Shown here one piece after another: positions 26,886 through 40,079 of a DNA stretch of 64,000 nt. This DNA comes from Eledone cirrhosa (taxonomy: Eukaryota), in the NCBI GenBank assembly GCA_964016885.1, contig OZ024743.1:220286001-220350000 (forward strand), read 5' to 3'. The notes under the pieces were generated by a model. It saw nothing but the letters and a program-made list of their open reading frames with translations, was not told the DNA's origin and ran no database searches. Numbering within the stretch: position 1 is the stretch's first letter; each line of letters starts with the position of its first letter. The position numbers were made by a program, and so were the translations under genes.

Positions 26886-29800
26886 GTTCTTCTGGTTTTA
26901 TAATTTCACAAAGTTTTACCAATAGGGAGAGAGTCGGTTTCTAATATAGACACAAGACTCTCTCATTGGAATCAACTAGGTAGATATGTATGTATGTCTG
27001 CATGCATGCATGTGTAGATATGGATGTTATTGTATGTGTGGATGTGTATGTTTTGAGTTGTATGTGTGCATGTGTATATGCTTTGTATTTGTACATGTGT
27101 ATATGCAGTTAATAGATGCAACATTTTTGGAATGTTTTACATATTTTTACTGTTCCATTACTGGATTGTACTTGTAATTTCCTAACTAGATGTGTTCTTT
27201 CTGTTCCTGTGAAGCCCAGCTTCTCAAGATTTGTATTGAGGCAGTTACTAACATATCCCAGTGCCCCTATAATCACAGGCATAAATCTGAAGGTGTAATC
27301 AGGGTAGAGTATCTGCAGATTTCTCATCAGTTCTGCATAAATATTCTCCTTTTCACTAATCTTTGATATTATATTGGCATCTGCTGGGCAGCTAATTTCC
27401 ACTACTGTGCATGTTTTCTTCTCCCTGTCCCATATCATAATATCTGGTCTGTTATGCCTGCATTTTATTGGGGTTTTTACTGGAACATTCCACCAGTACC
27501 CTTTCATATTATGTACATGGATCTCTTCCACATTGTTGTAGCTTTTAATGTGTTTATCATCGGGGCTATCTTTTTTACGAACTGCATTGACAGTGTTTTG
27601 GCCACTACATCATGCCTCATAGATAGTACCGCGATGACATCTTTGGGCAGCTGCTGATGACATGGGTGATATCCTCAATGTTAGTTCTGCAGAGTCTGCA
27701 CATGTTATCACATCTAGTTGTTTTGCCTGCATCCCTATCTCTTTTGTGAATCAGGTATTTCGTGCTAATCTCCTGTTCTTGGATTGCAAAAGCGTATCCT
27801 TCAAAGTGGAAGCCAATATAGCGGTTGTTGGTCCAGGATAGACTACTTTCCTTATCTATATTACTCTCACTCTGGAACTTCCTGGCAACATATCCATGCA
27901 TAATTTTTTGCTGATAAGCATGCAGTTTTTCATCCATGGATTCACTGCGATACTGCTGAGCGATATCCCTGGGTGTGAGTTTTTGATTATCACACAGGGA
28001 ATATCTCTCAAGGAGTTCCTTCCCAACTCTCATGATCTTATCTGTTTCATGCAGATAGACTTGCTCGAGAAGCGGGCTCCTACGCTTCGAGGTTCGTAGA
28101 TGTTGTCGGAGAGATATGATGCGACATTCAAATGTTGTCTGGACTGATGTTAGGCCTCTGCCTCCCTGCCTACGTTTCAAGTAAAGGCGGTTTATGTCAC
28201 TGTTGATGTGGAAGTTTCCTTTTTTGTTGAGTATTTTTCGAGTTCCAACATCAACTGCTCGGATTTCGTCTATCGTCCAATTGAGTATTCCAAACGTTGG
28301 TGTTAGGACAGGCACAGCAAACACATTGTGAGCCACTGTTTTGTTTTGCGCAGAGAGTTCCGATGACCAGATCTTTCTTAATCGGGTGTAGTATTCCCTG
28401 GTTACGCGTTCTTTATTACAGATACCATTATAGGATATGTTCTCATCCATCCCCAGGTATCTGTAGCAGTCCTCATCAGATAACGGTGAAACAGTTAGAC
28501 CATTGATGACAATGTTGCTAGATTGGGTTGTTGTTATTCCCCGCTTTACAGTCATGTATGAGCATTTATCTTGGCCAAACTCCATTCCTATATCCTTTGA
28601 GAACGTTGTAACCAGGTCTCAGATTTTTCTTCATCCCATCCATGTTCTTGGCATAGAGTTTCAGATCGTCCACAATAATGTCTGGGACTTTAGCAAGTTG
28701 GACGGCCTCTATCATCCAAGAGTGGGGAACAGAATCGAAAGCTTTCCTGTAGTCCAGCCAGACTGTAGTCATATCCCTCCTACGTTGTCGCACCTCCGAC
28801 ATCGCAGTTTTATTGATTAGGAGTTGTTCAGCACATCCCCAAACCCTTTTCTTTCCAGCTGCTTCTTCATCTGTGATGATGTTATTATTTTCACAGTGAT
28901 CTTGGAGGAATAGGTTGAGGCAGGCTGTATACATCTTATACATTAGGTTCTGGCATGCAATGGGTCGGTAGTTTTTTGCCAAGTGGGCGTCTTTGTTCTT
29001 GGGGACCAGTAACGTTTGTGCTAATGTCAACCATTCTGGTATAAGTGTATCCCCCTTAAGAACTTGTTGGTAGAGGTCAGTAAGATACCTCCGATAGAAT
29101 ATTAGTTTTTTGTACCAGTAGCCGACAATCATGTCTCTTCCTGGTGTTTTCTTATCTTAGAGTTTTCCTATCACAGTCTCAAGGGTACCCTCACTTATTT
29201 CGTATGTTTTTGTTGTAGTGTAGGAGCAATAGTTCTTTCGGATTTCTCTTAGCCACACTGCATCTTGGTTAAAATTCTTCTTTTCACCCCATATTTTTCT
29301 CCCAAAAGAATCTATGTCTTTCTGGGATGGGGCCTCAGTGACACTTATTATTTTGCCCTTCATATCTCTATAGACTGATGTTTGATTTCGTCTGAATCTT
29401 TTATTAAGCATTTTTCTCTCATCTACCTTCTTCAGGTATCGGCGTTTTTCGCTAACAGCTCTCAATTCTTGTTTGAGGGTGATCAGCTTATATTGGAGAG
29501 TTCTGGTTCTACTGTTATCAAACATCGTCTCTATTTTATTTTTCACTCTTTGTTGGTGAGGAGTGAGGTTTTTTGTATTTGTTTGCATGTAAGGAGCATT
29601 GTCACATATCCTATGTTTTTTCGTAGGTCAGCAATCTTTATTTCTATTTTAGTTATATATGATGGTATTTTTGGTGGTGTTTTGTTCTTGTTAATATCTC
29701 TGCTGTCACCAAGATAATGCTTCACTGTCATTGCTAGGGCATATAAACAGGCGTTGATTTGCCAAAATGTTGGGGTTTTTATCCGTCGTAAATATTCATC

Positions 29801-30815
29801 CCTTATTTCGTCAATAACACGTAGTATTTCATTATTTGGTTTTTTATTCACCATTGTCATTTTAACACGTTCAGCCAGAGAGATATTTATACATGAGTTA
29901 ATTTCTCTCTGGAAGATTTCGTTGGGGGAAATTTTCAATTGTTTATACTTTTGATTATCATTATCGATAGTATTTTCTACAACAGTCGAGGTAGACTCAC
30001 ATGGTATACGTGGTGTCACATTTATTCGATTATTATTATTATTTCTTCGATTATTATTATTATCGATAGTGTTTTCCCCAGCATTCGAGGTAGACTTAGA
30101 TGGTACAGGTGGTGTCAAGTTTCTTACAGGCATAGTTGTTTCAAGGCGCTGTTCGACCTGGCTGCTAGGAAGTCTAGTAGCATGGCGATCTGTAGCACGT
30201 GTTGTTGATTCTATGTTTGTTGTGGGGGACTTACAATTAATAATATTTATCTTATTTTTACGTTCAACAAACGTCGCTTGTTGGCGTAATTGTTTCGCTG
30301 TGAAATAATTTAGCTCTGAGTGCATTTCGTCCCAGTGTAGCTTCATTCTATTCATATAGCCAATGGAGGGATTGTTTTTTGCCATTTTATAACAATTAAA
30401 TAAATCAATATTAAGTTCGCAACTCCAAGAGAAATGCGATTTATAATTTCGGTTTCTTCTGTAGCTACAACTGAATAAAGTTTGATTACCTTCCGTGTTA
30501 TTTGTCTTCGATACTTCCTTAATTTTCTTCTTGATGTTGTGTTCAGCCATGCTGTTTGTAGCAAATCCTTGTAAAATGAATTATGTATTTAGTCGGATAT
30601 CTCTACGAATTCGACCAGCTGTAGCTGGCACTACAAACGCTTGACTGGGGCTACTCCACCCCCTCCCCTCTTTCTCCTACTGGCAGGTTTAGCCACCATC
30701 TCCCCTACTAATTTGCAACCACAGAATTACTACTGATTTTTGACAATCACTTTGACCATATATGGAATTACCCCTTGAGAAGATCGGCTATTTAAATACC
30801 AGGATAAATTTTCAT
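26886..30815 (-). mobile_element. R4/Dong-type non-LTR retrotransposon (RT + restriction-like endonuclease), decayed
   Basis: NYRPIACQN; WLDYRKAFDSVPHSW; DDLKLYA; FGQDKC; YRYLG; RLYLKRRQGGRGL; CRLC..H..SSC; RPDIMIWD..VVEISCP..KE..Y; PVIIGALG; 3' end abuts (CATA)n. Confidence 0.9.
27109..30550 (-). pseudogene. Single RT-RLE ORF broken by frameshifts and an in-frame RT deletion
   Basis: Consecutive ORF pieces 30550-29543, 29588-29157, 29132-28566, 28585-27617, 27531-27109. Confidence 0.88.
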
Positions 30816-30819
30816 TTAG

Positions 30820-30954
30820 TCCAGAATTAGCCGTCGAAACGGCTTGAGCTCAGCTGTCGGGGTCTTACTGGTTCCTATTACCCACTCTACTACCTCAAGT
30901 ATTGAGTACTTTGGTGCGTTATGGTCCACCTGGTTCCTTACCACATTTCCTTCG

Positions 30955-31013
<59 letters not shown>

Positions 31014-31045
31014 TATACATATACATACATATATATATACATAAT

Positions 31046-31111
<66 letters not shown>

Positions 31112-31117
31112 TAGATT

Positions 31118-31185
<68 letters not shown>

Positions 31186-31193
31186 CAAATATA

Positions 31194-31238
<45 letters not shown>

Positions 31239-31428
31239 ATGTATGTATGTATATGTATATGTATACATATGTATACATATATGTATATGCGTCAAGAATT
31301 AGCCGTCGAAACGGCTTGAGCTCTGCCGTCGGGGTCATACTTGTTCCTATTACCCACTCTACTACCCTAAGTATTGAGTACTTTGGTGCGTTATGGTCCA
31401 TCTGGTTCCTTACCACATTTCCTTCGTT
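30820..31428 (+). repeat. Two copies of the ~135-bp half-hammerhead repeat separated by (TA)n
   Basis: 30820-30955 matches 31293-31428; GTC-GAAA-CGGCTTGAGCTCAGCTG-TC-GGGGTC. Confidence 0.8.
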
Positions 31429-31440
31429 ATATATATATAT

Positions 31441-31672
31441 AAAATTAGAATTGGTGCTCTGAAATAGCGATATATATATGAATGTATATATTGTGTATTT
31501 TAAATTTTCAGCAAACAGGGGAGAAAATTTAAAGTAAGTGACACTGTCACTACTCTAAAACAATAGCGTAAGGTCTTCGAAATGCTTTTAATTAAGCATA
31601 CAGTGTATTGCAAAATACACTGTATATACATTCATATATATATCGCTATTTCACAGCACCAATTCTAATTTT
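31441..31672. repeat. Inverted repeat (~60-bp arms) of the family also seen at 62345-62430
   Basis: AAAATTAGAATTGGTGCTCTGAAATAGCGATAT.. / ..ATATCGCTATTTCACAGCACCAATTCTAATTTT; 31673-31716 resembles the reverse complement of 62347-62395. Confidence 0.75.
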
Positions 31673-31996
31673 CAATTTCTGTCTGACCGGCAACCGCTCT
31701 GTAGAATCAGTTCCTGATTATTAATAGAATTCTATAAGAATTAAACATTCATGATTTTCAGCAAACAAGTGGAGTACTTGGCTTTGATAAGTAACAATCA
31801 TTACGAAACAGAGCTCTGTCAGCTTTATCTCGCCTTGTTTACACAATATATATATATATATATACGTATGTTGATGCCCTAAGGACAGACACTGGTCTGT
31901 TGGAGACGCAGGACATGGCAGCGATAATGAGGGACAGAGACACTGGAGAGAACTCGTCCATGGATCTCGGGAATTTTACCCGCCTTAGATAGATAG

Positions 31997-32853
31997 AGAG
32001 ATATATTAAATATGTCTCATTTGAAATAATACAGCCAATTTTCCACGCAATACTTTTAGTTAGCACACCGAACACATAATTGGGAATTTAATCACTTATT
32101 TCCTAATGTTTGTTGAGTGAGTTGGAATTTGGCCGGAGTATCGCTAAAAAGCTTTCTCCGATATTGTATTTATTTACTTACTCTTGGCGCGGTAGATTTG
32201 AAAAAAATTCCCGGTATACGGTAAACATTTCTTTGTTTATTTTTTATATATGAATATTGATTGTTCCTTATATCTCATTCTGTTATTTTGCCCGAGAAAA
32301 TATCTGTGTGTGTCATCAAATGTTGTACACACATAGATATTTTTTCAATTTCCAATTGAGTTCTTAGCACGTGGCCTGAATTCCTTTCAGAGTTCATTGT
32401 CACGCGCATGTATTGTTTTTGTTGGCGGTAATTCGCTTCCTCATTTTTTGAATCAGTTCGAGCATTTCTTTCAGAACTGCTGGACTGGCAACCTGACAGA
32501 TACCTCAGGCACAGAAAGTGATTATCGCCAAATGCTGATGTTGGTTAGATTATCAATATTAGTATTATTGGGGCACCCACTGATGAATTATAGGAGCCCA
32601 CTTGAATATATATCTATTGATGGTATACAAGCTCCTACATAAATTGGTATAATTTCACCCAAATTGTAGGAATCCTATAATGAAACGAGACGTCCGTCTG
32701 GGAAGAGATATATTAAATATGTCTCATTTGAAATAATACAGCCAATTTTCCACGCAATACTTTTAGTTAGCACCCCGAACACATAATTGGGAATATAATC
32801 ACTTATTTCCTAATGTTTGTTGAGTGAGTTGGAATTTGGCCGGAGTATCGCTA
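31997..32853 (+). mobile_element. Hammerhead-bearing non-coding mini-element with 150-bp terminal direct repeats
   Basis: 31997-32146 matches 32704-32853 (period 707); HHR immediately upstream of the right repeat. Confidence 0.8.
32576..32702 (+). ncRNA. Type I hammerhead, intact core, 9-bp stem II with a ~77-nt insertion
   Basis: CCCA-CTGATGA-ATTATAGGA..TCCTATAAT-GAAA-CG agacgtc CG-TC-TGGG; predicted cleavage after 32698. Confidence 0.82.
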
Positions 32854-33344
32854 TGTGTATATATGTATATATATATACACTATTAGTTTATTCTTTTATA
32901 ATTTTACTGTTTTCAATCATTAGACTACAACTATGGGCATTACCTTAAAGTCCTTCGTACGGGCCCTAGATCTTTTTATTTAAGACTGGAAAATATTTTA
33001 TCGATCTTCTTTTTTTGTCGAACCGTTAACGACGGTTTAGCATTTAAACCGGCCATATACGACCACAATTATCTCACCTCTCTCTGTCCAAGCCGGCTGT
33101 AACCAGTTGCTCATACTGGTATTAAGGTATTGTTCTAAAAATAGATAATATCAAAATCTCATATATTTGATATTATGGGAGATAATTATGTGAGACAAAG
33201 CCTTTACCGTGATAATATAATAGTATATTGCACAACAACTCATCAAAGGTGCATGTATAGTTCATATAATAATATACAAATGTCAGGGAAATGAATAGTG
33301 TATGAGTCATGATATACATGTGTGCGTGTGTATGGAGGGGGAAT

Positions 33345-34480
33345 ATTAGGTGTAGTGTTGGCGAATTTCAAGAAGCATGGAAGTTTTAAAGGATGCAGTG
33401 TCTCGACAGCTAATAAATGATGCAGGTAGTTTGTTCCATGCTTCAGCAACTCTGAGCGTGAAAAAGTGTTTCCAAAGGTCATGGGAGCTGTGTTGTTTTC
33501 TGACTTTGTGGGCATGCCCACGTGTGTTAGACACATGGAAATCAAAAAATTACTCAGGGTTGTTGTTGGCAAGATGGTTAATAATTTTGTGGGTGTTTAC
33601 CAAGTCAGTTGCCAGTTGACGTCGGAGCTTCAATGTATCCATGCCCAGGGAAGCAAGGCGTTCAGAGTATGGTAGATGTCTGATAGAGGGTATGCGCTTG
33701 GTTGCACATCTCTGAACAGTTTCCAGGAGGTCAATGTTCTGAGCAAGATAGGGGTTCCAGACTGATGATGCGAATTTCAAATGTGGTCGTACCATAGCTG
33801 TATACAGTTTTAAATAGATGGCTGGAGAGCGGCTAACAAAGGTCTTGCTGAGTGATGCTAAGACACCCTCTGCCTTCTTGACAATTTTAGAGACGTGCTT
33901 CGTCCAACGCAAATGGCTGCTGACAGTAATGCCCAGGTCACGTTCACAAGAAGACTTCTTGATATTAGTGTTGTGGAGGGATTATGAGGACGCTGGGTTT
34001 TTACTCCCAAAATGCACGGTGGTACACTTGTCCACAGCCAGCTTGAGTTGCCAGTCCGTGATCCATTGCTGCATTGTGTCCAGGTCAGATTGCAGGCAAG
34101 ATCTATAGTGTTCGGGATCTGTCCTTTTTATCTCAAGGTACAGCTTGATGTCATCTGCATATTTCAGTACTGTGGCACATTCTTTAAGTTGGCATCTATG
34201 TCATTAATATATGCCGCACACAAAAGGGGACCAAGAACAGATCCCTGTGGTACACCAGATGACATCTCATACAGTGAAGAATGCTGTCCTAGAACCGTGA
34301 CTACCTCTCTTCGACTGAGAATGAAGGACTTTAACCAGTTAAAAACATTATCCTTCACACCCATTGCGGAGAGTTTTGCCATGTCTTTTGTGTGACACAG
34401 AATTGAAAGCTTTAGCAAAGTCAAGGGAAACAACATCCACCCATGACTACCACCAGTGATCCGGATGATGTCTTCAAGAG
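33345..34480 (-). mobile_element. CR1-like LINE 3' fragment (RT)
   Basis: SSGVPQGSVLGPLL..YIND; KLYTAMVRPHLKFASSVWNPY; LETVQR.ATK; TRGHAHK; FFTLRVAEAWNKLP. Confidence 0.88.
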
Positions 34481-34542
34481 TAATGTAAATGCTATAGAGT
34501 AATGTAAATGCTAAAGGGTTAAACATAGAAAAAGACACACAC

Positions 34543-34631
<89 letters not shown>

Positions 34632-34684
34632 AAATATATATATATATATGTTTACTTATGTATATTTATATATATAGATACATG

Positions 34685-34790
34685 AATTTATATAGAAACG
34701 GCTTCTACAGGACTAGTACTGTTTCATTCTTGATGATTTCATACGAATGAAACAGAACTAGTCCTGTAAGAGCCTTTTCTATATAAACTC
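34685..34790. repeat. Short imperfect palindrome containing a decayed hammerhead
   Basis: GAAACGGCTTCTACAGGACTAGTACTGTTTCATTC / GAATGAAACAGAACTAGTCCTGTAAGAGCC; TTGATGA-TTTC..GAAT-GAAA. Confidence 0.55.
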
Positions 34791-34863
34791 CTGTCTTCAC
34801 TCTACACACGTATTGTGTACATTATTTACTTTGGTTACCTCCGACTCAACTCGGGATCAACTT

Positions 34864-34916
<53 letters not shown>

Positions 34917-35142
34917 ATATATATATGTCGGGCTTCTGTGTTTTCCGACGACCAAATATCACCTACAAGTTACAGTTTATAGTAAAAATACATATCAATT
35001 CTTATATATCGAATAAGATGAAAAAGATTTGTTATTTTTAGGGGAGACAAATCGTATTATAAAACTATAAGTTATTCCCCTTGTTTAATATTATTTAATT
35101 CGCAGTACTTTACCTACAAATTAAGTTTTAAGCATCGAATAT

Positions 35143-35360
35143 ATACGAGGCTTGCCTGAACAGTTCATCATAGGTTGACTACGAAGGAATGATGCTAGAG
35201 CTGTAGAATCTTGCATGCATTAATTTCAAATATTCTTTTTAATAACTGGATTGTTTCTTTCCAGGGACCATGTTGAAAAATAAATCTTATTTGGTTATTC
35301 CATCTATCCTGGTGAGCATATGAATTTTTCAGCCTATGACCTTTTCAACCGACCCTCGCA
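35143..35360. mobile_element. Mariner-like MITE remnant (with a partial second copy at 35370-35530)
   Basis: TA-CGAGG..TGAACAGTT and TTTTCAACCGACCCTCG termini; internal GATGCTAGAGCTGT repeated. Confidence 0.5.
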
Positions 35361-35879
35361 CATAACATAATATAAGGGTTCATTGATGAAAAAGGGCTTA
35401 GAGGCAAACATTTTGAGTGATGCTAGAGCTGTAAAATCTTTGCTCTAATGCATTAATTTTATCTCTTTCCAGGGACTATGTTGTAAAATAAATCTCATTT
35501 GGTCAGCCCATGAACATTTTAGCCTTTTAGAGTTTTGTGGGTAGGATATTAGGTACACGATCATATGATCATGGGTTCAAATCCCGGACCAGGTGACAAA
35601 TATCATTTTACATTGTACCAGTTCACTTACTTTATTCATGTGAGTTTATTAACACAAATTAATTTTCAAGTATCTGATATATCGACTAAATCTCACCCTG
35701 AAACGTAGGGTTTTGCTCTTATGTTAAAAATTAATACTTAAACACTAGATATCTGATTCATACATTATGTATTTTAATTACATTTCGAAGCTATGATAAA
35801 CGTCATAGAAATGACATATTTTCTTGAAAATTTACACAATAACATTGTTCTTTATTTTTGACTTTTACAGATTTCAGTT

Positions 35880-36250
35880 ATTTGACAGCGGCCATGTAGC
35901 GGTGCTCGGAATTTTGTCTGAAGCGATACGGCTGAAACCGGAGAGCGTCTCACAGCACGTGGCATTATAGACGACATTTAGTTTCCTTAGGGTTTATCGT
36001 GTTTGGACGCTTATCGTCCCAACAGTCGAGGCAGGCAGGCACTTGCTACGTCGAGGCTCCTTCTGATGACCTCATTTAAGGCGGCGTGTCGAGCGAACCA
36101 ACTTGCAATATGGCGGCAAGAAAGCAGGTGTAGCTGACCATGTCTCCATACCAGCATTTGTGTAGAGGACGCGTTACTTACTCACTTCAATGCGGATACT
36201 TTAATCGAGGAGAGAAGTTGCTTCCCTTAGATCGACAAGGAACAACAATT
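35880..36250 (-). mobile_element. CRE-clade retrotransposon C-terminal fragment (Zn-knuckle/RLE), decayed
   Basis: HLLSCRHIASWFARHAALNEVIRRSL..DDKRPN..YNATCCET, resembling the CRE motif HxLSC..RHxxLNDxIxRxL..DGKRPDG..WDATCxDT. Confidence 0.7.
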
Positions 36251-36324
36251 GCCTCCCTTACCAATCTACTTGTTTAATTTTAGCCAATAATGATTTGACT
36301 AAATAACCATATATATATATATAT

Positions 36325-36362
<38 letters not shown>

Positions 36363-36506
36363 ATACAAGGACGATTTGTTAAGCCTTCATTACGTTTATT
36401 GATTGGTGACGCGCGTTTCGCTATTGATCAGTTCAAGGTTTGATCTGTATCGATCTGACTCGACTCTGGAATAAAAAATCGGACCTCTGCTGTTGTAATA
36501 AAAGGG

Positions 36507-36564
<58 letters not shown>

Positions 36565-37030
36565 CTAGCCGAATTACCCGCGCCTTGCTGCGTTTCTCAC
36601 ATTTTTGGGGGGGAAGAAAATGATGATTGATTTTAAATCAGTGATATAATTTATGGAGAAAAACTCTGCATTTCAATATAAATGTAATGCATGAAAAGTT
36701 GGAAAACATTATTTTTTGTAATATATCAAATCAAAATTACATTATTAAATCATATTCTTATTTTGTTTCTTGTAAATAATTTTTTTCAAAATATCAATTC
36801 AAAACTTTTGTGAATAGGCATCTTGTCTTGTATTTACCTAGGGTTTACATTTCATATAAATTGAAGGGAAAAGATTTTCAGCGGGGGTTTTGTGCCCCCG
36901 GGGAACCCTATGATTAAATTGAAATATACTTATCCAATTACCCTGGGCAATGTAGTTTCAGAACATATATGTTTATGGGGGTATATATATATATACATCA
37001 ATTACACACTCACCCAGCATAGGAAGTGTT
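36565..37030 (-). mobile_element. Possible non-autonomous Helitron (3' end clear, 5' end uncertain)
   Basis: Minus-strand end CGCAGCAAGGCGCGGGTAATTCGG-CTAG followed by T. Confidence 0.45.
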
Positions 37031-37056
37031 ATATATATGTAGTTTTTATTGAATCA

Positions 37057-37145
37057 CTAGTCTGATGAGCAGATCGATAATGGAGTCGGGTTTATAACCT
37101 TTATCGGAGACCTTGAGCTAATCTTTTGCAAAACGCGCGTCACAG
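37057..37145 (+). ncRNA. Hammerhead motif with long stem II (GAAA mutated to AAAA)
   Basis: CTAGT-CTGATGA-GCA..TGC-AAAA-CGCGCG-TC-ACAG, then AATAAA; related half at 36405-36425 (minus). Confidence 0.6.
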
Positions 37146-37290
37146 ATCGATACACAATAAAAACCAAAACGCATGTAATCGAAACTTCATCGTTTTTATT
37201 AATATATAGTCTCCTGTGTGTCGAGTGCTCATTTTGGTACCACCACCAGTATTTCACTGAATCACGTACTATATATGTATATACATATAT

Positions 37291-37796
<506 letters not shown>

Positions 37797-37927
37797 TCTT
37801 GACTCTGTTTTCCGTTTATTTTTCACCGAAAGTAGTTTTTGAATGCATCTCTTCTTTTCATGATATCCGGATTACATTGAGTTCTTCATACGGATTGGAC
37901 ACTACCGTAAACTTTTGGTAGATTTAT

Positions 37928-37958
<31 letters not shown>

Positions 37959-38350
37959 AGTGAAAGTAGAGGATCTGCCGCAAACTCGGTAGCCGAAACC
38001 GCCGAGCTCGCAATCGATCCCGTCTTTCACTAATATACCCACTCTGTATCTTACCATGTATCGAGTACTTCTTTGATTTGTGGTTTTCTCGGTTCGAAAT
38101 GCCGTAGACTATGAATATATACATACATATATATAGATTCCTCTCTTCACTCACTTCCACGTGTAATTTATTCGATTTTATTTATGAACTTTTATCTATA
38201 TCGATTCGCTATTATTATGCTTATTTGCGTTGGGATGCACACAATTTGAAATTTCATAATTTCCCAATGCTTTCCAAATCAATGTTAAAGAGTTACATAC
38301 AAACACACTTGGCATTTTTTTTATAGCTGATAACCATTTTAAAACAGTTT

Positions 38351-38906
38351 TGTAACATACAAGAGGGGGAAGTTCCAGAGTTTGGCATTAAAAGAGTGTT
38401 AATCACTAAATATTGTAACATACAAGAAGGGGAAGTTCCAGAGTTTGGCATTAAAAGAGTGTTAATCACTAAATATTGTAACATACAAGAGGGGAAGTTC
38501 CAGAGTTTGGCATTAAAAGAGTGTTAATCACTAAATATTGTAACATACAAGAGGGGGAAGTTCCAGAGTTTGGCATTAAAAGAGTGTTAATCACTAAATA
38601 TTGTAACATACAAGAGGGGAAGTTCCAGAGTTTGGCATTAAAAGAGTGTTAATCACTAAATATTGTAACATACAAGAGGGGGAAGTTCCAGAGTTTGGCA
38701 TTAAAAGAGTGTTAATCACTAAATATTGTAACATACAAGAGGGGAAGTTCCAGAGTTTGGCATTAAAAGAGTGTTAATCACTAAATATTGTAACATACAA
38801 GAGAGGGAAGTTCCAGAGTTTGGCATTAAAAAGTGTTAATCACTAAATATTGTAACATACAAGAGGGGAAGTTCCAGAGTTTGGCATTAAAAGAGTGTTA
38901 ATCACT
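38351..38906. repeat. Minisatellite, 9 x 62-63 bp
   Basis: TGTAACATACAAGAGGGG(G)AAGTTCCAGAGTTTGGCATTAAAAGAGTGTTAATCACTAAATAT starting at 38351, 38414, 38477, 38539, 38602, 38664, 38727, 38789, 38851. Confidence 0.95.
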
Positions 38907-38944
38907 TTTTGGCACATTATAATAATAAATAATGATAATAATAA

Positions 38945-39127
38945 TGTTTCTACTTTTGACACAAAGTCAGCAATTACCCCAGTGCATTACTGGTACTTTA
39001 TTTTATCGACCCCGTAAGGATGAAAGGTAAAGTAAACCTCGGCGGGATTTGAACTCAGAACATAAAGGGCCATAACTCTATGCTGGAAAGCATGGTGTCT
39101 GACACTCCACCGATACTGCTAACCCAC
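38945..39127 (-). mobile_element. SINE (major family)
   Basis: Consensus match. Confidence 0.88.
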
Positions 39128-39765
39128 TCTGGAAAATAATGAAAAGATATGCCCCTTTCATTATATCATGTTAAAAAGGTTGGTGGGTTGACAGCCCTGT
39201 GGGAGCAGTGTGAATTCACCCCTCTCGAGGTCAACTTTGTCATTTATCCTCCTGGGGTCGATACATAAAAAAATAACAATTGAGGTGGGTATAATCGACG
39301 TTATCTTTCCTCCAAGTTGCTGGCCTTATGCCACCAAAGTCAGAAACCATAATATCCAGTCAAATGAGAATAACGGATGCTCCTGTAAAAATGAACGTCC
39401 AGTTGATCGAACAACTGAATGGCCTACTCATTGAATTCACGCTTGAAGTAGTCCAGCATTACACAGACAGGTGTAGGAGTAACAAAACTCTTAAGTGGAT
39501 CAACATAATATATATATACCCCTATATTGAATGATCTCCTCAAATCAGCAATCACAATCATCTGAAGTTTCCATTGCTACATGCATCTACATATATAAAA
39601 TATGTAAATGATCTTCAACTATGATCTTCAATTATGGCGACAGCAACGCCGTCGTGACATACGGCGGAACTTGAACATTATATACGTGGTAGCATATCCA
39701 CATATATAATACAGGAATATATAATACAATGATATCATAATCTTTAAGATAGTATATTTGCACTA

Positions 39766-39832
<67 letters not shown>

Positions 39833-39905
39833 AAAGGTAAACAGAAATAACAACACAATCGGTACAGTATATGGAGGTTAACGCTTGATAAAGCAGGAAG
39901 AGGGT

Positions 39906-39940
39906 CTTAACATTTCGGACGCTAGCCCTTCATCAGAAGA
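39906..39940 (-). ncRNA. Minimal Penelope-type hammerhead motif
   Basis: TCTT-CTGATGA-AGGGCtagcGTCC-GAAA-TGTT-AAGA. Confidence 0.6.
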
Positions 39941-40079
39941 AAGAATGAGAAAAAAAATAAATTGAGGGGACAGGCGGGATGGAATTTTAAAAAATGTCCT
40001 TAGATAAAATAACAGGTCCATTCATGTTGACATCTCTTGCAAAACTGTTGGTGCTGCCGATATATATATATATATATCA

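Noticed and set aside
35863-35970. Apparent splice acceptor (TTTTACAG) and GC-rich exon
   Set aside because: All plus-strand frames hit stops quickly; the region is better explained as a minus-strand CRE fragment.
38351-38906. Possible CRISPR array
   Set aside because: The units are contiguous with no unique spacers, there are no cas genes, and the context is eukaryotic.
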